In this document: positions 31,866 through 41,601 of the stretch, piece after piece | Layout of the letters: each line of letters opens with the position of its first letter | How positions within the stretch are numbered: the stretch's first letter is position 1 | Assembly (NCBI GenBank): GCA_047637355.1 | Contig: JBLIKA010000004.1 | Span: 21,770-85,769 of the forward strand | Source: Glaciecola sp. | GTDB taxonomy: Bacteria > Pseudomonadota > Gammaproteobacteria > Enterobacterales > Alteromonadaceae | Direction: 5' to 3' | Length of the DNA stretch: 64,000 nucleotides | Position numbers and translations under genes: made by a program | Notes under the pieces: generated by a model | Told to the model about the DNA's origin: nothing | The model's input: the letters and a program-made list of their open reading frames with translations, nothing else | Database searches by the model: none

Positions 31866-32594
31866 TTATTGAACCATACCCACGTGATTATCACCGCAGC
31901 TAAAGGACACGATTTGACTCAGTTCTTGTAAAGATAAACCACTCTCGTTTTGCCAATGGAAAAAAGTACTTTGAATTGTGTTTAAACTACGCTTTGATCT
32001 TGCTGAACCACTAATTAAGCCATGTTCAACAAAATAGCCCTCCACATCACGACTTAACAAAAATGTGTCCACACCTAACGTTCGCAATGCATAGGGTCCC
32101 GTATTACCACCTAGTCTCGCCCCTTTTTTCTTAAGGAAATCCCACAAACCCACCAGATCATCTTGCGGCCATTGTGTAACGAAATTTGCAAAGCTTCCAT
32201 GCGACCGACGAATATCGTCGATCATCCATGCATTTTCGCGGATTGTTTTTACTTTATTGAAATTGCGTATAATGGCAGGGTTTGTTGCTTTTTGTTCTAA
32301 CATTTCATCGGGCATCAACAATATTTTATCGATATCAAAACCAAAAAATACCTCTTCAAAGTTTGGCCATTTCTGGCGCACAACACGCCAGACAAAGCCC
32401 GATTGAAAAACTTTTTTGGTAAACTCTGCCAAAAAGCGATCATCTGGGGTGTTGAGTATCTGATTTTTGCTAGCGGGCTGAGAAAGTAACTCTTGAACCA
32501 TGGCCTCGCTGCCTTTACGTTTGCATACTCTGTCATAAAGACTCGCAAAGGCCTCTGCCTTAAGATTTATGTCTATTCTCTTACCCACGCTCAT
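31866..32594 (-). CDS. Tag-like (Adenine_glyco, 3-methyladenine DNA glycosylase I family) protein of a divergent subfamily
   Basis: The central region (F...FD..K...M.....E.......IIRN..K...I..NA....) aligns by eye with E. coli Tag. The N- and C-terminal Cys/His zinc-snap residues are not visible. Its ATG overlaps the prlC stop (ATGA). Confidence 0.65.
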   Translation of the reverse strand: MSVGKRIDINLKAEAFASLYDRVCKRKGSEAMVQELLSQPASKNQILNTPDDRFLAEFTKKVFQSGFVWRVVRQKWPNFEEVFFGFDIDKILLMPDEMLEQKATNPAIIRNFNKVKTIRENAWMIDDIRRSHGSFANFVTQWPQDDLVGLWDFLKKKGARLGGNTGPYALRTLGVDTFLLSRDVEGYFVEHGLISGSARSKRSLNTIQSTFFHWQNESGLSLQELSQIVSFSCGDNHVGMVQ

Positions 32595-34621
32595 GCAACG
32601 ATGCCTGAATGGCGTAACAATGCATCAACTTGGGGCTCACGCCCTCGGAACGCTACAAATAACTCCATAGGCTCTTTACTGCCGCCCATTTCAAGGATGT
32701 TATTAAGAAAATCTCGTCCTGTATTTTGATTAAATATCCCTTCTTCTTCAAAGCGACCAAACGCGTCTGAGGACAACACTTCGGCCCACTTATAACTGTA
32801 ATAACCGGCAGCATAACCACCCGCAAATATATGCCCAAAACTGTTTTGAAATTTGTTAAATGCAGGCGGAATGATAACCGCAACCTCTTGTCTAATTTCA
32901 TCCAATATTTGTTGCACCGATTTTTCGGAATGACTTTGTTGATGCAAAGTAAAATCGAATAAACTGAACTCTAGTTGCCTTACCATTTGCATTGCCGATT
33001 GATAGTTTTTCGCCGCTAGCATTTTTTCTAACAATTCATTTGGTAAAGCTTCACCGCTCTCATAGTGACCGGAAATGAAACTCAAGGCCTCTGGCTGCCA
33101 GCACCAGTTTTCAAGAAATTGACTGGGTAACTCAACGGCATCCCAAGCAACTCCATTAATACCTGAAACCCCACCGGCTTCAATTTTCGTTAGCATGTGA
33201 TGAATGCCATGTCCGAACTCATGGAATAAGGTGACGACTTCATCATGTGTAAATAGCGCTGGTTTGCCATCAACAGGACCATTGAAGTTGCAAACCATAT
33301 AGGCTACGGGAAGCTGTAACTCGCCATTTGGCAAGCGTCTGCGACTTCTACAATCATCCATCCATGCACCACCGCGCTTTTTTTCGCGAGCATACAAATC
33401 AAAATAGAAAGATCCACGGTGTTGATTCTCTGAATCATATATATTGTAAAAGGAAACATCTTTATGCCACACATCCACATCATTTTGTTGCTCAATGCGC
33501 AAGCCATACAAACGTGACACAACTTCAAATAAACCACTTATCACTTGTTTCTCTGGGAAATACGGACGTAATTCTTCGTCCGATATTGCATATTTTTGTT
33601 GTTTGAGCTTTTCACCGTAATAAGTATAATCCCAAGGCTGTAATTTTTGTTGGGCACAATGCTCGGATGCAAAATCCACAATTTCTTGCAGTTCTTCTTG
33701 CGCTTGGGGTTTTGAGCGTTTCGCTAAATCTCTTAAAAACTGCGTGACTTGCTCCGTCGATTTAGCCATTTTAGTGGCTAAAGAGCGCTCAGCATATGAA
33801 CTGAATCCAAGTAAACCGGCCGCTTCATGTTTTAATAAAAGTATTTCGTCGATGTTAGCTGCATTATCAAATTCACCAGCATTAGGTCCTTGGTCAGATG
33901 CTTTAGAAGAGTATGCGCGATACATTTCTTCACGTAATTCAGCGCTATCGGAATACAGCATGATGGGCAAATAACTTGGGATATCGAGCGTAAACAACCA
34001 TCCCTTAAGATCTTTTTTTCTAGCCGCTTGTGCCGCAGCTGCTTTGGCTGAGTCTGGTAAACCGGCTAGCGCTGTCTCGTCAGTGACTAGTTTAGTCCAT
34101 GCCATGGTGGCATCCATCACATTATTGCCGAATGTAGATGACAAGTCTGATAAACGACTCTGTATATTTGCGTAACGTTTCTTTTTATCGTCCTCTAATC
34201 CAACACCAGAAAGCGTAAAATCACGGATAGCATTAGTCACCACTTTTTGTTGGGCTTCATTTAAACTGGCAAACTCTTCGCTGTCATGAAGCTGCTGGTA
34301 CAAACTAAATAGCCCTTTGTGTTGACCAACCCACGTACCAAATTCAGATAACATCGGCAGGCAAGCATCATGTGCTTCGCGAAGTTTGTCACTGCTAACC
34401 ACAGAATTCATGTGACCAATAGGCGACCACATTTTTGACAACACGTCGTCCGTGTCCTCTATGCGTTCAATGACTTGTGCATAAGTTGCTTGCCCATTTT
34501 CAACCACTTCCTCTATCACTGCTTTGCAGTTATCAATGGCTTTTTTAATGGTTGGAACAATATCTTGGGTATCAATTTGTGAGAAAAGAGGAAGCCCGCT
34601 CACGTTTTCGATTGCATTCAT
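32591..34621 (-). CDS. prlC: Oligopeptidase A (M3 metallopeptidase)
   Basis: HEFGH zinc motif (LFHEFGHGIHHMLT). 676 aa, collinear with E. coli PrlC, with gor as neighbour as in E. coli. Confidence 0.96.
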   Translation of the reverse strand: MNAIENVSGLPLFSQIDTQDIVPTIKKAIDNCKAVIEEVVENGQATYAQVIERIEDTDDVLSKMWSPIGHMNSVVSSDKLREAHDACLPMLSEFGTWVGQHKGLFSLYQQLHDSEEFASLNEAQQKVVTNAIRDFTLSGVGLEDDKKKRYANIQSRLSDLSSTFGNNVMDATMAWTKLVTDETALAGLPDSAKAAAAQAARKKDLKGWLFTLDIPSYLPIMLYSDSAELREEMYRAYSSKASDQGPNAGEFDNAANIDEILLLKHEAAGLLGFSSYAERSLATKMAKSTEQVTQFLRDLAKRSKPQAQEELQEIVDFASEHCAQQKLQPWDYTYYGEKLKQQKYAISDEELRPYFPEKQVISGLFEVVSRLYGLRIEQQNDVDVWHKDVSFYNIYDSENQHRGSFYFDLYAREKKRGGAWMDDCRSRRRLPNGELQLPVAYMVCNFNGPVDGKPALFTHDEVVTLFHEFGHGIHHMLTKIEAGGVSGINGVAWDAVELPSQFLENWCWQPEALSFISGHYESGEALPNELLEKMLAAKNYQSAMQMVRQLEFSLFDFTLHQQSHSEKSVQQILDEIRQEVAVIIPPAFNKFQNSFGHIFAGGYAAGYYSYKWAEVLSSDAFGRFEEEGIFNQNTGRDFLNNILEMGGSKEPMELFVAFRGREPQVDALLRHSGIVA

Positions 34622-34807
34622 AAAGGATCTCTTTGTTATTCGTTGTCGCCAAGAAAAATATTGGCATACCAGTACATTTATAATTGGGTATTCAGGATGG
34701 GATCACAATGGTAAATAAAACTTTTTTTGAAGGAACACTTGATAATTGCGGTCTAGTAGGCATATTTAACACACTAGATTTAAAGCAGTGACCCTTTTAG
34801 GAACAAA

Positions 34808-36187
34808 ATGAACTCAAGTACTAACAACACGCAAGTGAAAAAACATTTCGATTATATCTGCATTGGCGGCGGTAGTGGCGGCATTGCATCAGCAAATCGT
34901 GCATCAAAACACGGTAAAAAAGCAGCTATTATTGAAGCAAAAGACATCGGTGGCACTTGCGTTAATGTGGGCTGCATCCCTAAGAAGGCGATGTGGTTTG
35001 GAGCACAAGTGGCAGAAGCGATTCACAAATATAGCCCCGACTATGGTTTTGATATTACCGTAAATAGTTTTAGTTGGCCTAGGTTGGTTGCAAGTCGTGC
35101 AGCTTACATTGATCGCATTCATCAATCTTATGACCGAGTACTCGGTAACAACGGCGTTGATCTCATTAAAGGCTTTGCCAAATTTATTGATAACCGCACC
35201 ATTGACGTTGATGGCGATATTTATACTGCTGACCATATCACCATAGCAACTGGAGGGCGTCCAATTAAGCCTGCCATTCCAGGCGCGGAGCTAGGGATTA
35301 ATTCTGATGAGTTTTTTGATGTTAGTGAGCAACCTAAGCGAGTTATAGTAGTTGGCGCTGGTTATATCGGCGTTGAACTAGCAGGCGTGATGCACTCATT
35401 GGGTTCTGAAACTCACTTGCTGGTGCGTCGTGAAAAGCCGCTGCGTAACTTCGACGATATGTTGTCCGACACGCTAGTTGAAATTATGGCGGAAGACGGA
35501 CCAAAGCTGCACCCTCATACCGAAGTAATTTCTATTGAGAAACAAGCGGACGGATCATTAAGAGCTAGCCTGAATACCGGTGGGCATATTGACTGTGATG
35601 CACTCATTTGGGCAATTGGTCGAGAACCTTCTAATGACAAGATTAATATAGAAAATACAGACGTAGAGCTCGATGAACGCGGCTACGTTAAGGTAGATAA
35701 ATACCAAAACACGACAGCAGCGGGTATCTATGCTGTTGGTGACAACATAGGAAAAGTAGATTTAACTCCTGTTGCGGTAAAGGCGGGCAGATTGTTAAGC
35801 GAACGTTTATTTAATTCTAAAACTGACGCTCATATGGATTACGACCTTATTCCAACAGTCGTGTTTAGCCATCCGGCTATTGGTACTATGGGCTTGAGTG
35901 AGAAAGAAGCTGTTGCCAAATATGGCGAGTCTAATATCAAAGTATACAACTCTAGCTTTGCCGCCATGTACACAGCAGTAACTTCCCACAGGCAAGCAAC
36001 AAAAATGAAACTAGTTTGTGAAGGAATCGATGAAAAAGTAGTCGGTCTTCACGGTATCGGGTTTGGTATGGACGAAATACTGCAAGGCTTTGCTGTCGCT
36101 ATTAAAATGGGTGCAACGAAAGCTGACTTTGATGCTTGTGTAGCAATTCATCCGACAAGCGGAGAAGAGTTTGTCACACTAACCTAA
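34808..36187 (+). CDS. gor: Glutathione-disulfide reductase
   Basis: [19 protein letters not shown], the [13 protein letters not shown] redox-active disulfide and the C-terminal HPTSGEE. Collinear with E. coli Gor. Confidence 0.96.
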   Translation: MNSSTNNTQVKKHFDYICIGGGSGGIASANRASKHGKKAAIIEAKDIGGTCVNVGCIPKKAMWFGAQVAEAIHKYSPDYGFDITVNSFSWPRLVASRAAYIDRIHQSYDRVLGNNGVDLIKGFAKFIDNRTIDVDGDIYTADHITIATGGRPIKPAIPGAELGINSDEFFDVSEQPKRVIVVGAGYIGVELAGVMHSLGSETHLLVRREKPLRNFDDMLSDTLVEIMAEDGPKLHPHTEVISIEKQADGSLRASLNTGGHIDCDALIWAIGREPSNDKINIENTDVELDERGYVKVDKYQNTTAAGIYAVGDNIGKVDLTPVAVKAGRLLSERLFNSKTDAHMDYDLIPTVVFSHPAIGTMGLSEKEAVAKYGESNIKVYNSSFAAMYTAVTSHRQATKMKLVCEGIDEKVVGLHGIGFGMDEILQGFAVAIKMGATKADFDACVAIHPTSGEEFVTLT

Positions 36188-36245
36188 GACAAAGGCTCGT
36201 ATAAAACGGTGCGGTTCTTTGGTGGACCGCATGCGAAAATGCATA

Positions 36246-36282
36246 TTAAAAAAAGCGCATAACTTTGTTTATGCGCTTTTTA
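36246..36282. terminator. Bidirectional rho-independent terminator between the convergent gor and DUF305-LVIVD genes
   Basis: AGCGCATAA-ctttgt-TTATGCGCT (9-bp stem) flanked by an A-run and a T-run. Confidence 0.7.
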
Positions 36283-36306
36283 ATTTAACTACCTATAGTT
36301 AAGTAC

Positions 36307-38766
36307 CTAAATCACTTTCGAGATATCATTGAGAACGTCACGCAAGCCTATGATCCGCTTTTGAGTATTTACGTCGTCTTTCGTTGCCTTAATATCACGC
36401 GCTAATGCGACAAGTAGAATAGCCAATTTTGCAGATTTATCACCTGTTGACATTACGTTCTGCAATTCATTGAGTAAGGTCCTAGCTGCATCAATATTCG
36501 ATTTAGCTAAACCACCATCGCGTTCTAGTTGATCAATATACGCCAACGCAACAACCGGATTTGCCGGCCAAGTAACCTGAAATTGCTGTTGAGGATTAAA
36601 CGTATTCCCCATATTTGCTAACTTTGCAGCCGCTAGTTCGTTTTCCGTCAAAAATTCACTTACTTGTAAATCCATCACATCGAGACCCCGCAAGATTTCA
36701 GTACCGTAAATTTTTCCGTTGTACCAGTATGTCGACCAGTAACCGCCAATCACCATTCGTTCATCGTGAATAGGCCCACGATCAAAATACGCTATTTCAA
36801 CCGGATTAGCCGTATCGCTAAAATCGATAACAGACAAACCACCTTGATACCAAGCTTGAACAAAAATATCACGCCCCGGCACTGGCACTACTGAGCCATT
36901 GTGAGCAACGCAATTCTCCTGTTCCGATTGCGGTGCATCAATTTTATAATAGCTTTGGAAGGTCAACTTACCTTCTTTAACATCGTAAAACGCGTTGGCT
37001 CCCCATGATTTTGGATCAGATGCTCTGCAACGAGGCTGTGTACCGCCGCCCCACTCATCGGTAAATAGAACTTTTGTGCCGTCGTTATTAAAGGTTGCTG
37101 AATGCCAATAGGCAAAACCTGGATCTGATACTGCGTCAATCCGTTTTGGCTGCAACGGGTCGGTAATATCTAACAAGATACCATTACCTGAACATGCACC
37201 GGCAGCTAATTTCAATGCTGGAAATACGGTAATATCATGACATTGGTCTGTCATATTAGTGCGTTGAGTACCTACCCCGTGATCGCCACCACGCCACAGG
37301 CCGGAGAGGCGGCCTTCATCATCAGAAAAAACAGCAGGACTGGACGTAATCCGGGATTTTTGTGGATTTTTCACTGGTATTTCGATTACATCTATACGAA
37401 ACAATGCTGTTCGGTTATCACCCGGGATGTCACCAATACAGCCTTCTAATTCATCTTCATCTCGCACGCCTGCCGTACCAGAGTTGTAGACGACAATAGT
37501 ATCTTCATCTGAGGAGACGATTGAATGTGTGTGTGAGCCTCTGCAGGTTTGCACTAAGCCAACCTGTCTTGGCATGCTGATATCTGAGATATCAAAAATA
37601 CGTAAACCTCTAAAACGCTCGTCACTGACATCGTCGCTTATGCCTTGTAAACCGCAATCAATACGGCCTCTAGTTTGTTCTACCGACATGATCAGTAAAT
37701 CACCTACAATGGAGACATCACCCTGACCACCCGGACAAACAATGGAGCTTGCTAAGCTAGGCTCCCCATTATCACTTAAGTTATAAATATTGAAGCCATG
37801 GTAATTACCAGCAACTAAAATGTTGCCTGAAAACGCCATATCTGTATTCCAAAAACTAAGTAGCGGCCAGCGTTCTGCCCACTCTGTTTTTGCGTCTCCA
37901 CCGTCTTCATCCTTTCTACTTGCGGTTTTATCGTCCTTTGATGGCATTTTTATCGGTGGTAGATTTGAGGGGTTTTTGGGGTCGAAAAAACCATTTGGCC
38001 TTGGCAGTGTTTTAATTAATTTGAGATTTAAAGCAGCTTCACCAGCATCTCTAAAGCCTGCTTGCAGTCCAACTCTCTTATCCGTCGACAGACCTGACAA
38101 CAAAGTATCCATTCGTGTAATTTCTGCTTCTTGGTCATTAACAATATCATTAATAAAATCGTACAGAATGGGATCGTATGCTGAACCTGATTGTTCAAGT
38201 AGGTCCTCAACCATGGTAACCGCACCTTCATGATGAGGTATCATCAAACTCAAGAATAAACGGTCGAATTCAGTGCCTTTTGCAGCCTTAAGCTCGTCCA
38301 TTTGATTTGAACTCGCCATGCCCATTAAGCTGTGGTCCATATGCATGGAATGATCAATATCAGTAACTTCACCGCGTTGTTCTAACCAGTCTCGCATAAA
38401 CGCAATTTCATCGGCTTGTGATTTACGAATACGACCTGCAATATCAATTATCTCTTCATTGTTAGTTCTATCATCGACCAACACAGCCATGTCCACAGCT
38501 TGTCCATGATGTGGGATCATGTTTTGCATGAATAAGGCATCGTCACGAGTGAAACTTGTATTGGCTATTTGGACCGCATCTTGGGCACTCAGAGTCCGTG
38601 ATGTTTGTCCGGGCGCGCCGGGCTGAACGATAGGAGGTGCTTCTTGTGCTTCTCCTTGCATTGTATCGGAAGGCAACTGAGCAACGCAGGCTGAACTTAA
38701 AACGCTCAGACCAAATAAAGCGGTATACGACAAACGAGTTTGTGATTTGGTGAAAACAATTGGCAT
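36307..38766 (-). CDS. Secreted (possibly lipid-anchored) DUF305 domain fused to an LVIVD-repeat-type beta-propeller and a C-terminal helical tail
   Basis: Signal sequence ending LSSAC. The DUF305 domain has two MIPHH motifs (about 38098-38547) joined by the His/Met-rich DIDHSMHMDHSLMGM. It is followed by about 450 aa of repeated hydrophobic-strand / Gly-Asp units of the LVIVD type (e.g. GDLLIMSVEQ). ATG 38766 is preferred over TTG 38793. Confidence 0.7.
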   Translation of the reverse strand: MPIVFTKSQTRLSYTALFGLSVLSSACVAQLPSDTMQGEAQEAPPIVQPGAPGQTSRTLSAQDAVQIANTSFTRDDALFMQNMIPHHGQAVDMAVLVDDRTNNEEIIDIAGRIRKSQADEIAFMRDWLEQRGEVTDIDHSMHMDHSLMGMASSNQMDELKAAKGTEFDRLFLSLMIPHHEGAVTMVEDLLEQSGSAYDPILYDFINDIVNDQEAEITRMDTLLSGLSTDKRVGLQAGFRDAGEAALNLKLIKTLPRPNGFFDPKNPSNLPPIKMPSKDDKTASRKDEDGGDAKTEWAERWPLLSFWNTDMAFSGNILVAGNYHGFNIYNLSDNGEPSLASSIVCPGGQGDVSIVGDLLIMSVEQTRGRIDCGLQGISDDVSDERFRGLRIFDISDISMPRQVGLVQTCRGSHTHSIVSSDEDTIVVYNSGTAGVRDEDELEGCIGDIPGDNRTALFRIDVIEIPVKNPQKSRITSSPAVFSDDEGRLSGLWRGGDHGVGTQRTNMTDQCHDITVFPALKLAAGACSGNGILLDITDPLQPKRIDAVSDPGFAYWHSATFNNDGTKVLFTDEWGGGTQPRCRASDPKSWGANAFYDVKEGKLTFQSYYKIDAPQSEQENCVAHNGSVVPVPGRDIFVQAWYQGGLSVIDFSDTANPVEIAYFDRGPIHDERMVIGGYWSTYWYNGKIYGTEILRGLDVMDLQVSEFLTENELAAAKLANMGNTFNPQQQFQVTWPANPVVALAYIDQLERDGGLAKSNIDAARTLLNELQNVMSTGDKSAKLAILLVALARDIKATKDDVNTQKRIIGLRDVLNDISKVI

Positions 38767-39069
38767 AAAAGACAAGTCCTTTTGAAGTGTCAAAGTTTAT
38801 AAAGTGTGGTCTCAGATTAGTTGCAAAATTAATCTGTGTAAACCCTTCAGCATTTTATCGACTAAAAAATGATAGCTCCTGCGTAAAGCCTTCGTCATGC
38901 CGCTTATATAAAAAATGCTGCTCAATGTAAAATAAATGAGTCTTTGTTGTTAAAATACTGTACAAATGACTTTTCATTTTTGTTAATTAAACACGGACAA
39001 TTGATACAACAACGTACACTCATGAGTATGTTTGTTATCAATTTTTAGCCAAAAACTGAGAGTAATAAC

Positions 39070-40443
39070 ATGCTAAAAAATAGACTTGATGGAGAAGTTC
39101 AACCCGGTTTTAAATGGGGCCCATTTACGATGAGGATCCCGCTAATTCATTTACGTTTTTCATTGGCAGACATGCTCCAAGGACTAGCAGTAGCTGGTGC
39201 GACCGGCATGGCACTAGTGCCTTATTTTATGGCCTTGTTGGGCCTTAGCTTCGAAGAAGCCGTAACCATGGCAATGTTCCATAGCTTATTGATTTCTTTT
39301 TCTTGGATGTTCTTTGGCGACCCTTATGCACCAGGTTGGTTAACACCTGCAATACCCTTCGTTGTGGCCTTTATCACAGCACCAGCTTATTTAGGTGATC
39401 ATACGTCCCAGTTTCAGGCCATGACTGCACTTTCATTAAATTTTGCATTTATTCTGATTTTTTTAGGCGCAACGGGGCTTGGAGAAAAGTTAATTAAAGT
39501 TGTGCCTAATGTTTTTAAAGGCGGCATTATACTTGGCGCAGCTGTTGCCGCTTTTTTACGTGTTACCAAAGATGGTGATGCCGCCAACGTTTTTCAGTCG
39601 GCTCCTATAGCGGGTACTTTAGGTGTTGTTGTTTGTTTAGTTTTTGCATTTTCTAAACCCTTACATACGATTGCAACGGACAAAAGATGGTTAGCGAAAC
39701 TTCTCGGATTTGGTTTACTTCCCGGCTTTATTGTTGCAGGTACTGTTGGTTATTTTACAGGCGAATTTGAATACAATATCCGTTGGGAAATTCTAGATGT
39801 TGGCGCGTCAGCAACTTCATTGTGGGAGAAAGCGTCACCATTCGCGATTGGTTGGCCATCAATAGACACTTTCCTTGCATCTTTTCCATTGGCATTAATC
39901 ACCTATATCTTGTTTTTCGGTGATGTGGTCACTGGCAACGAAATGATAGAACAAGCGCAGAAATCTCGTAGCGATGAAAAATTAGAGCTTAATGGCAGCC
40001 GTGCGCATATGGCAACAGGCATCAGAAACATATTAATGGCTATCATCGCTCCGTTCTTCGCTACTCAAGGGGTGCTGTGGACGGGAATCCAAGTCGTTCT
40101 TCTAAAGCGTTGGACGCAAGGTCGTGACAAGCTAGATTCAATTTTCGACAGTATTGGCAGTTTCTATGCTTTTGGTCTGCCTTTTTTATTCGTTTTCCTG
40201 CCACTAGTTACTTTATTACAACCACTATTGCCAGTCGCGTTGGCTGTCACCTTGGTGCTAACTGCGTTTGCTTGTGCTACGTTGGCTTTATCCCTTGTAC
40301 AGGATGCCACGGAGCGTGGTGCAATGGTAATAACAGCAATGGCATTTAGTGTATTTGAACCTTGGATTGGCTTACTCGTCGGCGTTATCACTATCATCGG
40401 TTTATGTGGGTTTAAAGTATTCATTCCTGAGGAGAATAGTTAA
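39070..40443 (+). CDS. Polytopic inner-membrane protein, uncharacterised permease family
   Basis: 457 aa with at least 10 hydrophobic segments rich in Gly, Ala and Phe. I cannot assign a family. Located 13 nt upstream of the 2-hydroxyacid dehydrogenase gene. Confidence 0.6.
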   Translation: MLKNRLDGEVQPGFKWGPFTMRIPLIHLRFSLADMLQGLAVAGATGMALVPYFMALLGLSFEEAVTMAMFHSLLISFSWMFFGDPYAPGWLTPAIPFVVAFITAPAYLGDHTSQFQAMTALSLNFAFILIFLGATGLGEKLIKVVPNVFKGGIILGAAVAAFLRVTKDGDAANVFQSAPIAGTLGVVVCLVFAFSKPLHTIATDKRWLAKLLGFGLLPGFIVAGTVGYFTGEFEYNIRWEILDVGASATSLWEKASPFAIGWPSIDTFLASFPLALITYILFFGDVVTGNEMIEQAQKSRSDEKLELNGSRAHMATGIRNILMAIIAPFFATQGVLWTGIQVVLLKRWTQGRDKLDSIFDSIGSFYAFGLPFLFVFLPLVTLLQPLLPVALAVTLVLTAFACATLALSLVQDATERGAMVITAMAFSVFEPWIGLLVGVITIIGLCGFKVFIPEENS

Positions 40444-40456
40444 ATACCGGGAATAT

Positions 40457-41416
40457 ATGCGCCAAGTTGTATTTTTAGATAGTGCTACTATTGGGGATGG
40501 AATTAATATTCCATCCCCAAGTTTTGCTCATAAATGGACTAATTTCGACAAAACCAATGCAAGTCAAACGCTGATGCGAGCCCAAAATGCCGACTTGATT
40601 ATTACTAATAAAGTGGTTTTTAATAAAGCACTGTTAAGTCAACTTCCGCGACTTAAACATATTGCTATTGCCGCAACAGGCAGTAACTGTGTTGATTTGC
40701 TGGCCGCCAGAGCGTTTGGAATAGACGTAAGTAATGTACCTGGCTATGCCACTCGATCTGCGAGCGAACATGTTATGTCAATGATATTGAGTTTACGCCG
40801 TAACTTGCTTGCATTTCAAACCGATATTGCCGCCGGCAAGTGGCAAGCGTCAGAGCAATTTTGTTTTTACAATGACCCAATTTTGGATTTATATGGCAGC
40901 ACACTTGGCTTAATCGGCACTGGTGCAATTGCTCAGCAAGTTGCCTATGTTGCCAAAGCATTTGGTATGCGCGTAATATTTCATAGTGTTAGTGGACGCA
41001 AAACACTGGAAGGAGAGGAACTTGTTTCGCTCAATTATTTATTAGAAAACTCAGATATTGTGAGCTTGCATTGCCCTCTCACTTCAGCAACTAAAAATCT
41101 TATCAATGCTCAGCGACTGGAGTTAATGCGCCATAGTGCCTTATTAATTAACACAGCAAGAGGTTCAGTCGTTGACTTAGAGGCGCTGCATCATGCGCTA
41201 CTGAATAAGAAAATAGCAGGCGCTGGTATAGACGTTGCACCGCAGGAACCGCCGCCTAGCGATTCCATAGTGATGCAATTAAATACATTATTAAATTGTG
41301 TTGTAACCCCTCACACCGCCTGGGCGAGTCAGCATGCCTCTCAACTTTTAGTGGACCAAGTCGTTGCCAATTTAAACGCCTTTGTAACAGGCCAATCTAT
41401 AAACATAGTGAATTAA
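40457..41416 (+). CDS. D-isomer-specific 2-hydroxyacid dehydrogenase (glycerate / hydroxypyruvate reductase-like)
   Basis: GLIGTGAIAQQVA NAD-binding motif, NTARGSVVD and the catalytic HTAWAS. The true start is ATG 40457. The upstream part of the tracked ORF (40349-40456) overlaps the permease gene. Confidence 0.88.
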   Translation: MRQVVFLDSATIGDGINIPSPSFAHKWTNFDKTNASQTLMRAQNADLIITNKVVFNKALLSQLPRLKHIAIAATGSNCVDLLAARAFGIDVSNVPGYATRSASEHVMSMILSLRRNLLAFQTDIAAGKWQASEQFCFYNDPILDLYGSTLGLIGTGAIAQQVAYVAKAFGMRVIFHSVSGRKTLEGEELVSLNYLLENSDIVSLHCPLTSATKNLINAQRLELMRHSALLINTARGSVVDLEALHHALLNKKIAGAGIDVAPQEPPPSDSIVMQLNTLLNCVVTPHTAWASQHASQLLVDQVVANLNAFVTGQSINIVN

Positions 41417-41601
41417 AGAAGAGCGCTATGTAAAGCCTAAAATTCGCTATATCCCCCGCAAAATATAAGCCTTAATATATATAAATAACGCTATAAATTA
41501 ACGTTTTTTTATATCTAAAAATAGCCTAAATATCGATTGCAGTTTTTGTCATTTGATGTGAATCTACGCTTATTATCACTGTCCTTTTTGGAGACTTTTT
41601 T

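Noticed and set aside
40349-40456. N-terminal extension of the 2-hydroxyacid dehydrogenase ORF
   Set aside because: It overlaps the last 95 nt of the permease gene. Dehydrogenase homology begins at MRQVVFLDSA (ATG 40457).
41417-41601. Possible Mg2+ (M-box) riboswitch upstream of mgtE
   Set aside because: I could not identify the multi-helix M-box architecture or its conserved segments by eye. The region is AT-rich with only trivial hairpins. An Infernal scan would be needed.
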